Source: Chiloscyllium plagiosum
Lineage: Eukaryota
Direction: 5' to 3'
NCBI RefSeq assembly: GCF_004010195.1
Contig: NC_057718.1
Coordinates: forward strand, 68,604,423-68,624,422
DNA: 20,000 nucleotides
Shown here: in pieces, positions 19,797 to 20,000 of the stretch
Numbering within the stretch: the stretch's first letter is position 1
How the letters are laid out: every line of letters starts with the position of its first letter
Program-made: the position numbers and the translations under genes
The notes under the pieces: generated by a model
What the model was told of the DNA's origin: nothing
Database searches by the model: none
Seen by the model: only the letters and a program-made list of their open reading frames with translations

Positions 19797-20000
19797 TGAG
19801 GTAAAAACAATGACTGCAGATGCTGGAAACCAGATTCTGGATTAGTGGTGCTGGAAGAGCACAGCAGTTCAGGCAGCATCCGAGGAGCTTCGAAATCGAC
19901 GTTTCGGGAAAAAGCCCTTCATCAGGAATAAAGGCAGAGAGCCTGAAGGGTAGAGAGATAAGCTCGAGGCGGGTGGGGGTGGGGAAAAAGTAGCATAGAG
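19797..20000 (-). mobile_element. PLE 3' terminus (pLTR) inserted in the CR1, running off the window
   Basis: aaaaacaatgactgcagatgctgga..gtggtgctggaagagcacagca..ggcagcatccgagg, followed by a hammerhead core. Confidence 0.85.
19894..19930 (-). ncRNA. Minimal hammerhead ribozyme-like motif with intact core
   Basis: Minus strand ttc-CTGATGA-a-gggctttttccc-GAAAC-GTC-gat; palindromic ACGT in place of stem III. Confidence 0.7.

Overview
Non-coding, repeat-dominated vertebrate DNA, almost certainly shark (Chondrichthyes), because it carries two HE1-type tRNA-derived SINEs and CR1/HER1-type LINEs. Most of the window is decayed retroelements. These are: a near full-length CR1 LINE (ORF1 zinc-finger/leucine zipper + SGNH esterase; ORF2 APE + RT) at ~1057-5430; the 5' part of a second CR1 at ~18081-19796; several 3' CR1 fragments; a split Rex1/Babar-like LINE; and many Penelope-like element (PLE) pieces (RT C-terminus + Cys linker + GIY-YIG). 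No transposon ORF is intact. The one TE-free island (~7870-10085) is CpG-rich and looks like a gene promoter/first exon. It has an exact ETS:IRF composite motif, then a strong-Kozak ATG GCT ACA AAG directly followed by a GTAATG splice donor, and a short degenerate minisatellite. The most interesting signal is a family of ~170-220 bp hairpin (inverted-repeat) PLE-terminus insertions. Four copies are each flanked by 12-16 bp target-site duplications and carry minimal hammerhead-ribozyme cores near the hairpin apex. All identifications come from reading the sequence by eye; no searches were run, and boundaries of old repeats are approximate.
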